Source: Patescibacteria group bacterium (GTDB lineage Bacteria > Patescibacteriota > Patescibacteriia > Patescibacteriales > JAQTRU01). Taken from it: a stretch of DNA of 64,000 bases. Shown in pieces: positions 57,082 to 64,000 of this stretch. A program made the translations under genes and the position numbers. Below the pieces are notes generated by a model. The model ran no database searches. It saw nothing but the letters and a program-made list of their open reading frames with translations, and was not told the DNA's origin. The stretch spans positions 22,505 to 86,504 of the forward strand of contig JBAZPX010000001.1 in the NCBI GenBank assembly GCA_041645555.1, read 5' to 3'. Position 1 is the first letter of the stretch. Every line of letters begins with the position of its first letter.

Positions 57082-57109
57082 CCGTAGAAAGGTTTTATTG
57101 GATAAATTC

Positions 57110-57649
57110 ATGAGCACGAGAAAATTATTAAGAAAATGGAAGTATCCATTAATATTTCTAGGTATAGTAATTTTATTCGTTTTAGGTTGGAGATTTCGCC
57201 CCAGTGCGATCGATTTTGGGCCTTTTGAATTAGCGCCAATACCAAATAATACTGAGACAATAGAAAGGCCATACTTAGGTATTACAGAGATAAAAATTAA
57301 GGAAATGTCACCAACAAATCTAGTCATTGAAAGTACTCTAAAAAATACTGGCACAATTCCTGCGAATAACATCAAAATTTTACCTTATTACACCATTAAT
57401 GGGAAAGAGAAAACCAATCTTTTAATAGAAAACTTGCCCACATATCTTATGCCACAACCCAGTTATGCTACATATATTTTGAGAATTGGGGGACATAATT
57501 TTAGCCAACTTGATCTGAAAAATGTTTTTATTTTGACCTTAAAAATCAGTTATGATGGACTTACAACCAGCGATTATACAACTACCGTGAGTGCAAAATA
57601 TAACTCCGTCGATAGAGCATTTGATATAACTGGTGGGGATATTGATTAA
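57110..57649 (+). CDS. hypothetical membrane-anchored protein within the tRNA-flanked segment
   Basis: ATG at 57110 (MSTRKLLRKWKYPLIFLGIVILFVLGW...). The track ORF start at 57011 overlaps the tRNA and is rejected. Confidence 0.55.
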   Translation: MSTRKLLRKWKYPLIFLGIVILFVLGWRFRPSAIDFGPFELAPIPNNTETIERPYLGITEIKIKEMSPTNLVIESTLKNTGTIPANNIKILPYYTINGKEKTNLLIENLPTYLMPQPSYATYILRIGGHNFSQLDLKNVFILTLKISYDGLTTSDYTTTVSAKYNSVDRAFDITGGDID

Positions 57650-57788
57650 TCCTCCGCCCAAGTACTTAATTCTAAGACAAAAAATGTACTAAAATACGCT
57701 TGCGGGATTTGAGTCTGCGGATACCTAACTTGAATGTCCGGCACATGATGAAATGATGCCTAGAGCCCCATTTCGGCACCGAGGAGTT

Positions 57789-57807
57789 TTCGAATCCCTC
57801 TCTCCGC
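57789..57807 (+). repeat. duplicate of the tRNA-Ser 3' end (att-like direct repeat)
   Basis: ttcgaatccctctctccgc against tRNA positions 57062-57082 (ttcgaatccctctctctccgc). It is identical apart from a 2-nt tc deletion. Confidence 0.8.
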
Positions 57808-57829
57808 TTTTAAACTATCCCTGCTTTTA

Positions 57830-57838
57830 TGTTATAAT
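57830..57838 (+). promoter_or_regulatory. extended -10 promoter element (TGtTATAAT)
   Basis: tgttataat read directly, about 40 nt upstream of the ATG at 57880. Confidence 0.4.
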
Positions 57839-57879
57839 TTAATTACAGAGCTAACTCTGCAATTAATTGTTTTTGCCTT

Positions 57880-58086
57880 ATGGCGCGCAAGAAACTAGAA
57901 GAAAGAAATATAAGAAAATTGGCTAAAGTTGGCGGGAAAAGAACCTATAGCCCTACTTTGCCGATTGAGGCAGTCAGGGAATTTGGCTGGAAGGAAGGCC
58001 AGAAGGTGGTTGTTGAAGTGGACAAAAAGAGGCAAAGGTTTATAATAAAAGACTGGCCCGTCTCATCGGCGGACAAGAGGAAATAA
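57880..58086 (+). CDS. AbrB/SpoVT-type (MazE-like) DNA-binding domain protein
   Basis: 68 aa. GGKRTYSPTLPIEAVREFGWKEGQKVVVEVDKKRQRFIIKDW fits the swapped-hairpin AbrB pattern. No toxin partner is adjacent. Confidence 0.6.
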   Translation: MARKKLEERNIRKLAKVGGKRTYSPTLPIEAVREFGWKEGQKVVVEVDKKRQRFIIKDWPVSSADKRK

Positions 58087-58090
58087 TCAT

Positions 58091-59173
58091 ATGAAATTGC
58101 TTATTTTAACGCAAAAAGTCGATATTGATGATGATATTTTGGGGTTTTTTCATGATTGGATAAAAGAATTTGCCAAGCATTGCGAGAGGGTTACAGTAGT
58201 TTGTTTGCAGCGGGGTAGGTATGAACTTCCAAAAAATGTAAGAGTATTGTCTTTGGGCAAAGACGAATTTTTACGTTTAGGCAAATATTCTGGTTTTATC
58301 CGCAAGTTAGTGGCTACCCTCAGATTTTATAACTGTATAATCCAGGAAAGAAAAAAATATGATAAGGTTTTTGTGCATATGAATCCGGAGTACATCGTTT
58401 TGGGAGGAATTTTTTGGAAATTAGGCGGAAAAAAAATTGCTTTATGGTATACGCATAAAGCGGTTGATTTAAAGCTAAAGTTAGCCGCCAAATTAGCTGA
58501 TATTATTTTTACGGCGTCAGAAGAAAGTTTTCGGCTGCCAAGCAGAAAAGTAAAAATTGTTGGTCATGGAATAAATATAGAAAGATTCCAAGTCCAATCC
58601 CGGGCGCCCGGGGTTGAAATAATAAATAATAATAAGTTTATAATTATTACGGTAGGAAGAATTTCGCCGGTCAAGGATTATGAGACAATGATTAAAGCGA
58701 TTTATATTCTGAATAACCAAGGAATTAAAAATATCGAATTAGATATTATTGGCGCAGTGGTCTTAAAAAATCAGGAGAGTTATCTTAATGCCCTAAAAGA
58801 TATGGTTGAAAAAATGCAGTTAGCCGAAAAAGTAAAATTTTTAGGTTCAATTCCGCACTATAAAATTCCGGAATACCTGGGGAAAAGCGATTTGTTTATT
58901 AATCTTAGTAAAACAGGGAGCGTTGACAAAGCCGTGCTTGAAGCTATGGCTTGCGGCTGTTTGCCCCTCTCTAGCAACGAATCTTTTAAAAAGATAATAC
59001 CAGACGAACTAATTGTGGCTAAAAATAATCCGGAGAAATTAGCGGAGAAAATAAGGGAAATAATAGGAAAGCAGAAAGAGGAAAGAGATAGAATTACCCA
59101 AAAATTAAGGCAGATTGTGATGGGAAATCATAATTTAAATAATTTAATAAAGACTATAGTAAAAGAGATTTAA
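58091..59173 (+). CDS. glycosyltransferase family 4 (GT-B, Glycos_transf_1)
   Basis: GRISPVKDYE and EAMACGCLPLSSN (E-x7-E type) motifs. Confidence 0.8.
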   Translation: MKLLILTQKVDIDDDILGFFHDWIKEFAKHCERVTVVCLQRGRYELPKNVRVLSLGKDEFLRLGKYSGFIRKLVATLRFYNCIIQERKKYDKVFVHMNPEYIVLGGIFWKLGGKKIALWYTHKAVDLKLKLAAKLADIIFTASEESFRLPSRKVKIVGHGINIERFQVQSRAPGVEIINNNKFIIITVGRISPVKDYETMIKAIYILNNQGIKNIELDIIGAVVLKNQESYLNALKDMVEKMQLAEKVKFLGSIPHYKIPEYLGKSDLFINLSKTGSVDKAVLEAMACGCLPLSSNESFKKIIPDELIVAKNNPEKLAEKIREIIGKQKEERDRITQKLRQIVMGNHNLNNLIKTIVKEI

Positions 59174-59174
59174 T

Positions 59175-59819
59175 ATGGAATTAGAAGAAGCTATAAAAGG
59201 GAGAAGGAGCGTCCGAAAGTTTTCTGATAAAGAATTAGAAAAAGGAATTTTAGAAAGAATTATTAAGGCCGGAAATTGCGCCCCCAGCCATTGTAATACC
59301 CAGGGATGGAAATTTATATTTGTGGATGATCATAAGATAAAAGAAAAAATATATGCGGCGGGCGGTTCTTATGCGATAAAAGACGCCCCCTATGGAATTT
59401 TAGTTTTATACAACACGGCTTTAAGCGATAATTTAGAATATCGGGATTGGATTCAAAGCAGTGCGGCGGCTATCCAAAACATGTTATTGACTATTTATAA
59501 TCTGGGATTGGGCGCTTGCTGGATTTGTCATCTGCCCAATAAAAGAACCTTAAGGAAAATTTTCAATATTCCAAAAAATTATTCTCCTATCGCTTATATA
59601 ATTTTCGGTTATCCGAAAGAAGGGCTTCACGAGATGCCGCGGAAGCATGAGATAAATGAAGTTTTAGCTATTAATAAATTTATTTGGCCCAAAGAAAATG
59701 TTCCGGCTAAAATTTATCTAAAGAGAGTCTCTAAAAGAATATACTTTATTCTGCCCTCCTTTATAAAAAAATTAATTATGCCTTTAACCGATAAATTTGT
59801 TAAAAAATTTCATAATTAA
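59175..59819 (+). CDS. nitroreductase family protein
   Basis: RRSVRKF, APSHCNTQGW and QNMLLTIYNLGLGACWI. Confidence 0.75.
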   Translation: MELEEAIKGRRSVRKFSDKELEKGILERIIKAGNCAPSHCNTQGWKFIFVDDHKIKEKIYAAGGSYAIKDAPYGILVLYNTALSDNLEYRDWIQSSAAAIQNMLLTIYNLGLGACWICHLPNKRTLRKIFNIPKNYSPIAYIIFGYPKEGLHEMPRKHEINEVLAINKFIWPKENVPAKIYLKRVSKRIYFILPSFIKKLIMPLTDKFVKKFHN

Positions 59820-59823
59820 ACAT

Positions 59824-60759
59824 ATGAAAATAAAAAAAATTTCAATTATTATTCCGGTTTACAATGAAGAAAAATCCGTGACCCAGCTGCATCAAGAAAT
59901 TATAGAGGTAATGGGTAGATCAAATTATTCTTATGAGATTATTTTTGTTGATGATGGGTCAAGCGACAGAACTCTTATGGAATTAAAGAAATTATCCCCC
60001 CTTACGGTTATTTCTTTTACCAGAAATTTTGGCAAATCCCAGGCTTTGCAGGCTGGTTTTAATGAAGCCAGCGGCGATTATATCATTACGCTTGACGGTG
60101 ATTTGCAAGATGACCCGAAAGAGATACCTAACTTTATTAGATTATTGGAAGACGGCTCGGATTTAGTTTGCGGTTGGAAATATAAAAGATTAGACAGTTT
60201 CAGAAGAAGACTTGTTTCTAAAATTGCCAATAGCATGACTAAATATTTTACCAGGACCTCGGTGCACGATATGAATTGTTGTTTTAAAGGATATAAGCGG
60301 GAAGTAATTAGAGAATTGCATTTATTCGGGGATATGCACAGGTATATTCCGGCTATTGTTTCTAATTTGGGTTTTATTATTAGCGAAGTAAAGGTTAATC
60401 ATCGTCCTCGGATGCACGGAAAATCAAAATATGGTTTGAAGAGATTATTAAATGGGTTATTTGATTTTATTACCTTGCTGTTCTTGCGGCGGTTTACTGA
60501 TCGGCCGATGTATTTTTTCGGTTTTTACGGCTTGATCCTTTTTCTTATCGGATTTGCCATTTTATTTTACCTTAGTTGGATAAAAATTTTTCAGGGAGTT
60601 TTAATTGGTAGCCGGCCATTATTATTTTTGGGCATACTTATGGTTTTTGTGGGTGTACAGTCATTTTCCTCGGGCTGCCTCAGTGAATTAGTGATTCGCC
60701 AAGGCAATTCTAACAAAAAAAATTATATTATAAAAAAGAAGATAAAAAATGAAAAATAA
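59824..60759 (+). CDS. GT2 polyprenyl-phosphate glycosyltransferase (ArnC/GtrB/DPM1-like) with two C-terminal TM helices
   Basis: ISIIIPVYNEE, DDGSSDRT and DGDLQDDP (DxD). ATG 59824 is preferred over the track start at 59797. Confidence 0.82.
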   Translation: MKIKKISIIIPVYNEEKSVTQLHQEIIEVMGRSNYSYEIIFVDDGSSDRTLMELKKLSPLTVISFTRNFGKSQALQAGFNEASGDYIITLDGDLQDDPKEIPNFIRLLEDGSDLVCGWKYKRLDSFRRRLVSKIANSMTKYFTRTSVHDMNCCFKGYKREVIRELHLFGDMHRYIPAIVSNLGFIISEVKVNHRPRMHGKSKYGLKRLLNGLFDFITLLFLRRFTDRPMYFFGFYGLILFLIGFAILFYLSWIKIFQGVLIGSRPLLFLGILMVFVGVQSFSSGCLSELVIRQGNSNKKNYIIKKKIKNEK

Positions 60760-60768
60760 AGGATTTGT

Positions 60769-62406
60769 ATGTCAATTATTGAAAATAATATTTTTTTAAA
60801 AACAGTCTTGGCGAATACCCCGCGTCTCTTAGGACAGTTAAACCGCAATCCTCTGTCTCTCTCTTATGGCTCTTTTGACCGGGCTTATTGGCATTATCGC
60901 ACTAATGATATAAGTAATATTCGGTATCAGGAAGCTGTTTTAACTTTGGCCTTGCTTTATACTTACGATTTTACCGGCAATATCTATTATAAGAATAAAC
61001 GCTTATTGGAGTGGATTAATGCTTCTCTAGAGTTTACTTTGTCGATCCAAAATAAAGACGGGTCCTTTAATGAGTGGTATCTTAATGAACGGTCTTATGT
61101 CGGCACTTCTTTTGCTTCCGCGGCCTTAGCCGAAGTCCTTATCATATTGGGGGAGGACAATATAAGAGAATATGGAAAAATTTTAAATCGGTTGGATAGA
61201 GCGGCAGATTGGATTACAAAACATACTGAAGAATTAGTTTTTAACCAACTGGCCGGAAGCGTTTTAGCTTTAGCCAGGATTGCTAAATTAACTGGCAACG
61301 ATAACTATTGGCTCGCCAGTCGGAAAAAATTAGCTATAATTGAAAAAAATCAGTCGCCAGAAGGATGGTGGAGCGAATATGGCGGACCGGATATTGGTTA
61401 TTTATCTTTAATGGTTGATTATTTAGTTAAATATTATCAAATAGAGAAGTTGGAGAGTGTTTTAGCTGTTTTAAAAAATGCCAGCGCTTTTTTAGTTAAC
61501 TTCCTGCATCCGAATCTAACCAGCGGCGGAGAATATATGTCCCGCAATACAGAATATATAATTCCTTCTGGTTTCGCTTATCTTTCTGAACTGGACAGAA
61601 ATGCGAAAATTATTACGGCTTTTAACTCCAGTTCCTTAGAAGCAGGCACCGGTTTAGGCCCGACCAGTCTTGACGACAGATACCTTTGCTATATTCTTTA
61701 TAATTGGCTGCAAGCGGGAATTTTTTTGGGCAGAAGTAATAATGGACCCGGCGTTGATATTAAAAATTATTTGAAAGATAGAAGATTTGATATATTTTTT
61801 AAAGATTCCAGTTTAAGAGTTAAGCAAAACGATAAATATTATTTTGTGGCTAATTTATATAAAGGCGGCACCTTTAGGTTATATGCAGCCGGGAAGGAAT
61901 GTCTTGATTCGGGAGTTGAAATTAAATATAAGAAGCAAAGATTAACTGCCAACGTGCTCGATTACAGCAACAAAATTGAAAATAAAGCAGATTCTCTAGA
62001 AGTAAGAGGTACCTTGAAGCCCGTGAAAGAACCGCTTATGAAAACACCGATAATGATTTTATTTAAATCATTCCAATTGATATTTGGCCGAGCAGACGGA
62101 CTGCAAATATTTTTGAAGGATTTCTTAAGGAACGAAATGATTACCCACAAGAAAAAAAATTCGGCCGGAATTTTATTTAAGCGTAAATTTATTATTGCCG
62201 AAAACAGCATTGCCATAGAAGATGAAGTGGGGGAGCGGATTTTAGAAAAAGATTTTTATTGCGGCCTAAAAGATTCTTATAATTTTATTCCCAGTTCTAA
62301 ATATTTTACTGTTCAAGAAATAAACAATAAAAGTGGTCTAGACGGCAAACAATATTTTTCCGCCCAAAAAGGAAGTTCCCTGCGACGTATTTGTAATTTT
62401 GACTAA
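60769..62406 (+). CDS. hypothetical protein, possible alpha/alpha-toroid fold
   Basis: QNKDGSFNEWY and QSPEGWWSEYGG resemble QxxDGxW prenyltransferase/terpene-cyclase-type repeats. The functional call is weak. Confidence 0.5.
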   Translation: MSIIENNIFLKTVLANTPRLLGQLNRNPLSLSYGSFDRAYWHYRTNDISNIRYQEAVLTLALLYTYDFTGNIYYKNKRLLEWINASLEFTLSIQNKDGSFNEWYLNERSYVGTSFASAALAEVLIILGEDNIREYGKILNRLDRAADWITKHTEELVFNQLAGSVLALARIAKLTGNDNYWLASRKKLAIIEKNQSPEGWWSEYGGPDIGYLSLMVDYLVKYYQIEKLESVLAVLKNASAFLVNFLHPNLTSGGEYMSRNTEYIIPSGFAYLSELDRNAKIITAFNSSSLEAGTGLGPTSLDDRYLCYILYNWLQAGIFLGRSNNGPGVDIKNYLKDRRFDIFFKDSSLRVKQNDKYYFVANLYKGGTFRLYAAGKECLDSGVEIKYKKQRLTANVLDYSNKIENKADSLEVRGTLKPVKEPLMKTPIMILFKSFQLIFGRADGLQIFLKDFLRNEMITHKKKNSAGILFKRKFIIAENSIAIEDEVGERILEKDFYCGLKDSYNFIPSSKYFTVQEINNKSGLDGKQYFSAQKGSSLRRICNFD

Positions 62407-62408
62407 CT

Positions 62409-64000
62409 ATGCCCAATTTTTATAATTTTTTTAAAAAAAACCTGATAATTCTGATTATATTATCATTTATACTTATAGGTTCAACAGGAATTTTTTATAA
62501 TTATTCTTTGCCTCTTGTAGTTGCGGATGAAGTTATTATTATGCCAGCTACGCTCAAGATGATTGCCGGGCAAACCTTAAGGCCGGATTTTCCCTCTTTT
62601 TATCATATGGCGATTCCCGCCTATATCTATTTGCCTTTTTTTCTTATATTTTTGGTATTTTTAAGATTATCGGGCTTATTTGGCAGTTTGGGAGAATTAG
62701 AAACTTTCGGCCTTATTAATTATGACAAATTATTGCCTCTAGCCAGATTTATCTCAGTTATCTTGGGCGCAATTTCAATCTATATACTCTATAAAATATG
62801 CCTAAAACTATTTAAAGATAAATTTGTTGCTCTCACCGCTTCTTTTTTGCTGGCTACCAGCCTGATGTTTGTCCAATTATCTCATTTTGGCCGAGTCTGG
62901 CTGCCGCAAGTGTTTACGATTCTGGTCGCTTTTTTTTGCATTATCGGACTGTATGAAAAACCATTGCTCAGGATTAAAGATTATCTCTGGGCAGCGCTGT
63001 TTATCGGGATTTCTTTCGGCACGCACTTTGTCGGTTTATTGGTTTATTTCCCCTTTTTAGTAATCCACTATTTTAGAAACAGAGGCAGAAAATTAACGGA
63101 TATTTTTTTAAAAAATAGGAATTTTTTACTATCCAATTTTCTTCTTATTATTATTGCCATTTTTATTTATTTTCTTAACCCTTATGGGTTTATAAATTAT
63201 GGCGGTCGGGCCATAAATGCGTTTTCAAACCTCGGCGATACAGTTAGCGCGGAAGGCGGGGAAAGTTTTTTGGCAAAAATTACTTATCATGGCAAAACAC
63301 TTTTGGATCATGAGCCAATATTAATAATATTATTTATTCCAAGCTTATTTTTACTTTGGCTGAAAAAGAGGAATATTTTTTTCATCCTTAGCTCATTTAT
63401 TTTTGGCTATTACCTTATCATCAGTTTTGCAATCGGAGGAGCGCCGCGTTTTATTTTGCCAGTTATCCCTTTTATAGCTATGGTAGTCGCTTATGGCCTG
63501 AATTATTTCTACAAGAGTGAAATTTTTACCCGGCAGATCAAGATTGCAATCTTAGTTCTTATCCTTTCTTCTTTATTATATGCGCCACTTTTATGGGATT
63601 ATAAACTAATTCAGCCCAGTACCAGGATTCTAGCCAAAGGTTGGATATATAAGAGTTTATCGGAAGACACAAAAATTATTAATCTTGACAGCTATTTTTC
63701 TTTAAATGAAAATCGGAAGACTATTGAGGATTTAAAGCGATATAATTCCGCGGATGTTACGAAAAAACGGAATTTTTTGCTCTCTCTTGATGAAACAGAA
63801 TATCCTCGGCCTAATTATTATATTTTTGAAGCGGCTGGATTTGAAAATATTCCAGAGGAAATTTCAGACAAAGATTTTGATTATATTGTTATGAGCTGGT
63901 GGAATAATGATGACTATAAAATTTGGCATAAGAAAATATCCAGTCTGATCGGCGACAAAAAAGTCGAGTTGATAAAAAGGTTTCCTAAAGATGCCGCCGA
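62409..64000 (+). CDS. polytopic membrane glycosyltransferase, GT39/ArnT/PMT-like (3' end beyond the window)
   Basis: Frame read by hand from ATG 62409 to the window end without a stop. It has many hydrophobic segments and follows the GT2 polyprenyl-P transferase. It is missing from the ORF track because it has no stop codon in the window. Confidence 0.6.
   Translation, partial: MPNFYNFFKKNLIILIILSFILIGSTGIFYNYSLPLVVADEVIIMPATLKMIAGQTLRPDFPSFYHMAIPAYIYLPFFLIFLVFLRLSGLFGSLGELETFGLINYDKLLPLARFISVILGAISIYILYKICLKLFKDKFVALTASFLLATSLMFVQLSHFGRVWLPQVFTILVAFFCIIGLYEKPLLRIKDYLWAALFIGISFGTHFVGLLVYFPFLVIHYFRNRGRKLTDIFLKNRNFLLSNFLLIIIAIFIYFLNPYGFINYGGRAINAFSNLGDTVSAEGGESFLAKITYHGKTLLDHEPILIILFIPSLFLLWLKKRNIFFILSSFIFGYYLIISFAIGGAPRFILPVIPFIAMVVAYGLNYFYKSEIFTRQIKIAILVLILSSLLYAPLLWDYKLIQPSTRILAKGWIYKSLSEDTKIINLDSYFSLNENRKTIEDLKRYNSADVTKKRNFLLSLDETEYPRPNYYIFEAAGFENIPEEISDKDFDYIVMSWWNNDDYKIWHKKISSLIGDKKVELIKRFPKDAA

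Noticed and set aside
57011-57109. 5' part of track ORF 57011-57649
   Set aside because: It overlaps the tRNA-Ser gene. The CDS is trimmed to the in-frame ATG at 57110, which precedes the TM segment.
57880-58086. AbrB/MazE-like protein as the antitoxin of a toxin-antitoxin pair
   Set aside because: No toxin-like ORF is adjacent on either side. The next gene, 4 nt downstream, is a GT4 glycosyltransferase, so a transcription-regulator role is more likely.
62869-63060. 63-aa plus-strand ORF
   Set aside because: It is out of frame inside the hand-verified open frame 62409-64000 (the GT39/ArnT-like membrane protein).

Overview
This is a 64-kb window from an AT-rich, compact, almost entirely plus-strand genome. 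Its content looks like a Candidate Phyla Radiation (CPR)/Patescibacteria-type bacterium. That placement is inference from gene content, the 16S sequence and repeat style, since no database search was possible.

The housekeeping backbone comprises trpS, gyrA, rmuC, a Wzy_C/O-antigen-ligase-family protein, an M16 peptidase, a UvrD-type helicase fused to a Cas4/AddB-like nuclease, ruvB, queA, lepB, hisS, rpsU, a YqeY-like protein, a short Rel/SpoT homolog (minus strand), ybeY, dgkA, ligA, gatC, gatA, tRNA-Ser(GGA) and a glycosyltransferase cluster. A single unlinked 16S rRNA gene lies on the minus strand, with no 23S or 5S in the window.

The most striking region is a ~23-kb cell-surface locus (29.3-52.7 kb), which contains:
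- two tandem proteins (693 and 2211 aa) with paralogous N-termini that look like a type IV secretion pilin (VirB2/TrbC-like two-helix module), fused to huge Cys-rich Ig/IPT/FN3 arrays
- an 886-aa cadherin-like/Cys-repeat protein
- three membrane proteins with thrombospondin-type-3-like repeats ending in a shared GYNPxGxGKL motif
- a four-member family with a conserved secretion leader and swapped C-terminal domains
- a GWISFN-repeat protein
- a four- to five-gene minor type IV (pseudo)pilin operon

Other notable items:
- a GC-rich beta-helix gene with an IPTL-CTERM-like tail next to the 16S gene, behind a G10 tract
- a duplicated 16S 3' terminus split by a palindrome
- a ~300-nt unclassified structured RNA candidate
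- GC-rich palindromes and heptamer 'word' tracts inserted in frame into conserved genes
- a tRNA-Ser 3'-end duplication
- a small element bounded by terminal inverted repeats (TIRs)

All domain names come from motif recognition by eye and need HMM confirmation.
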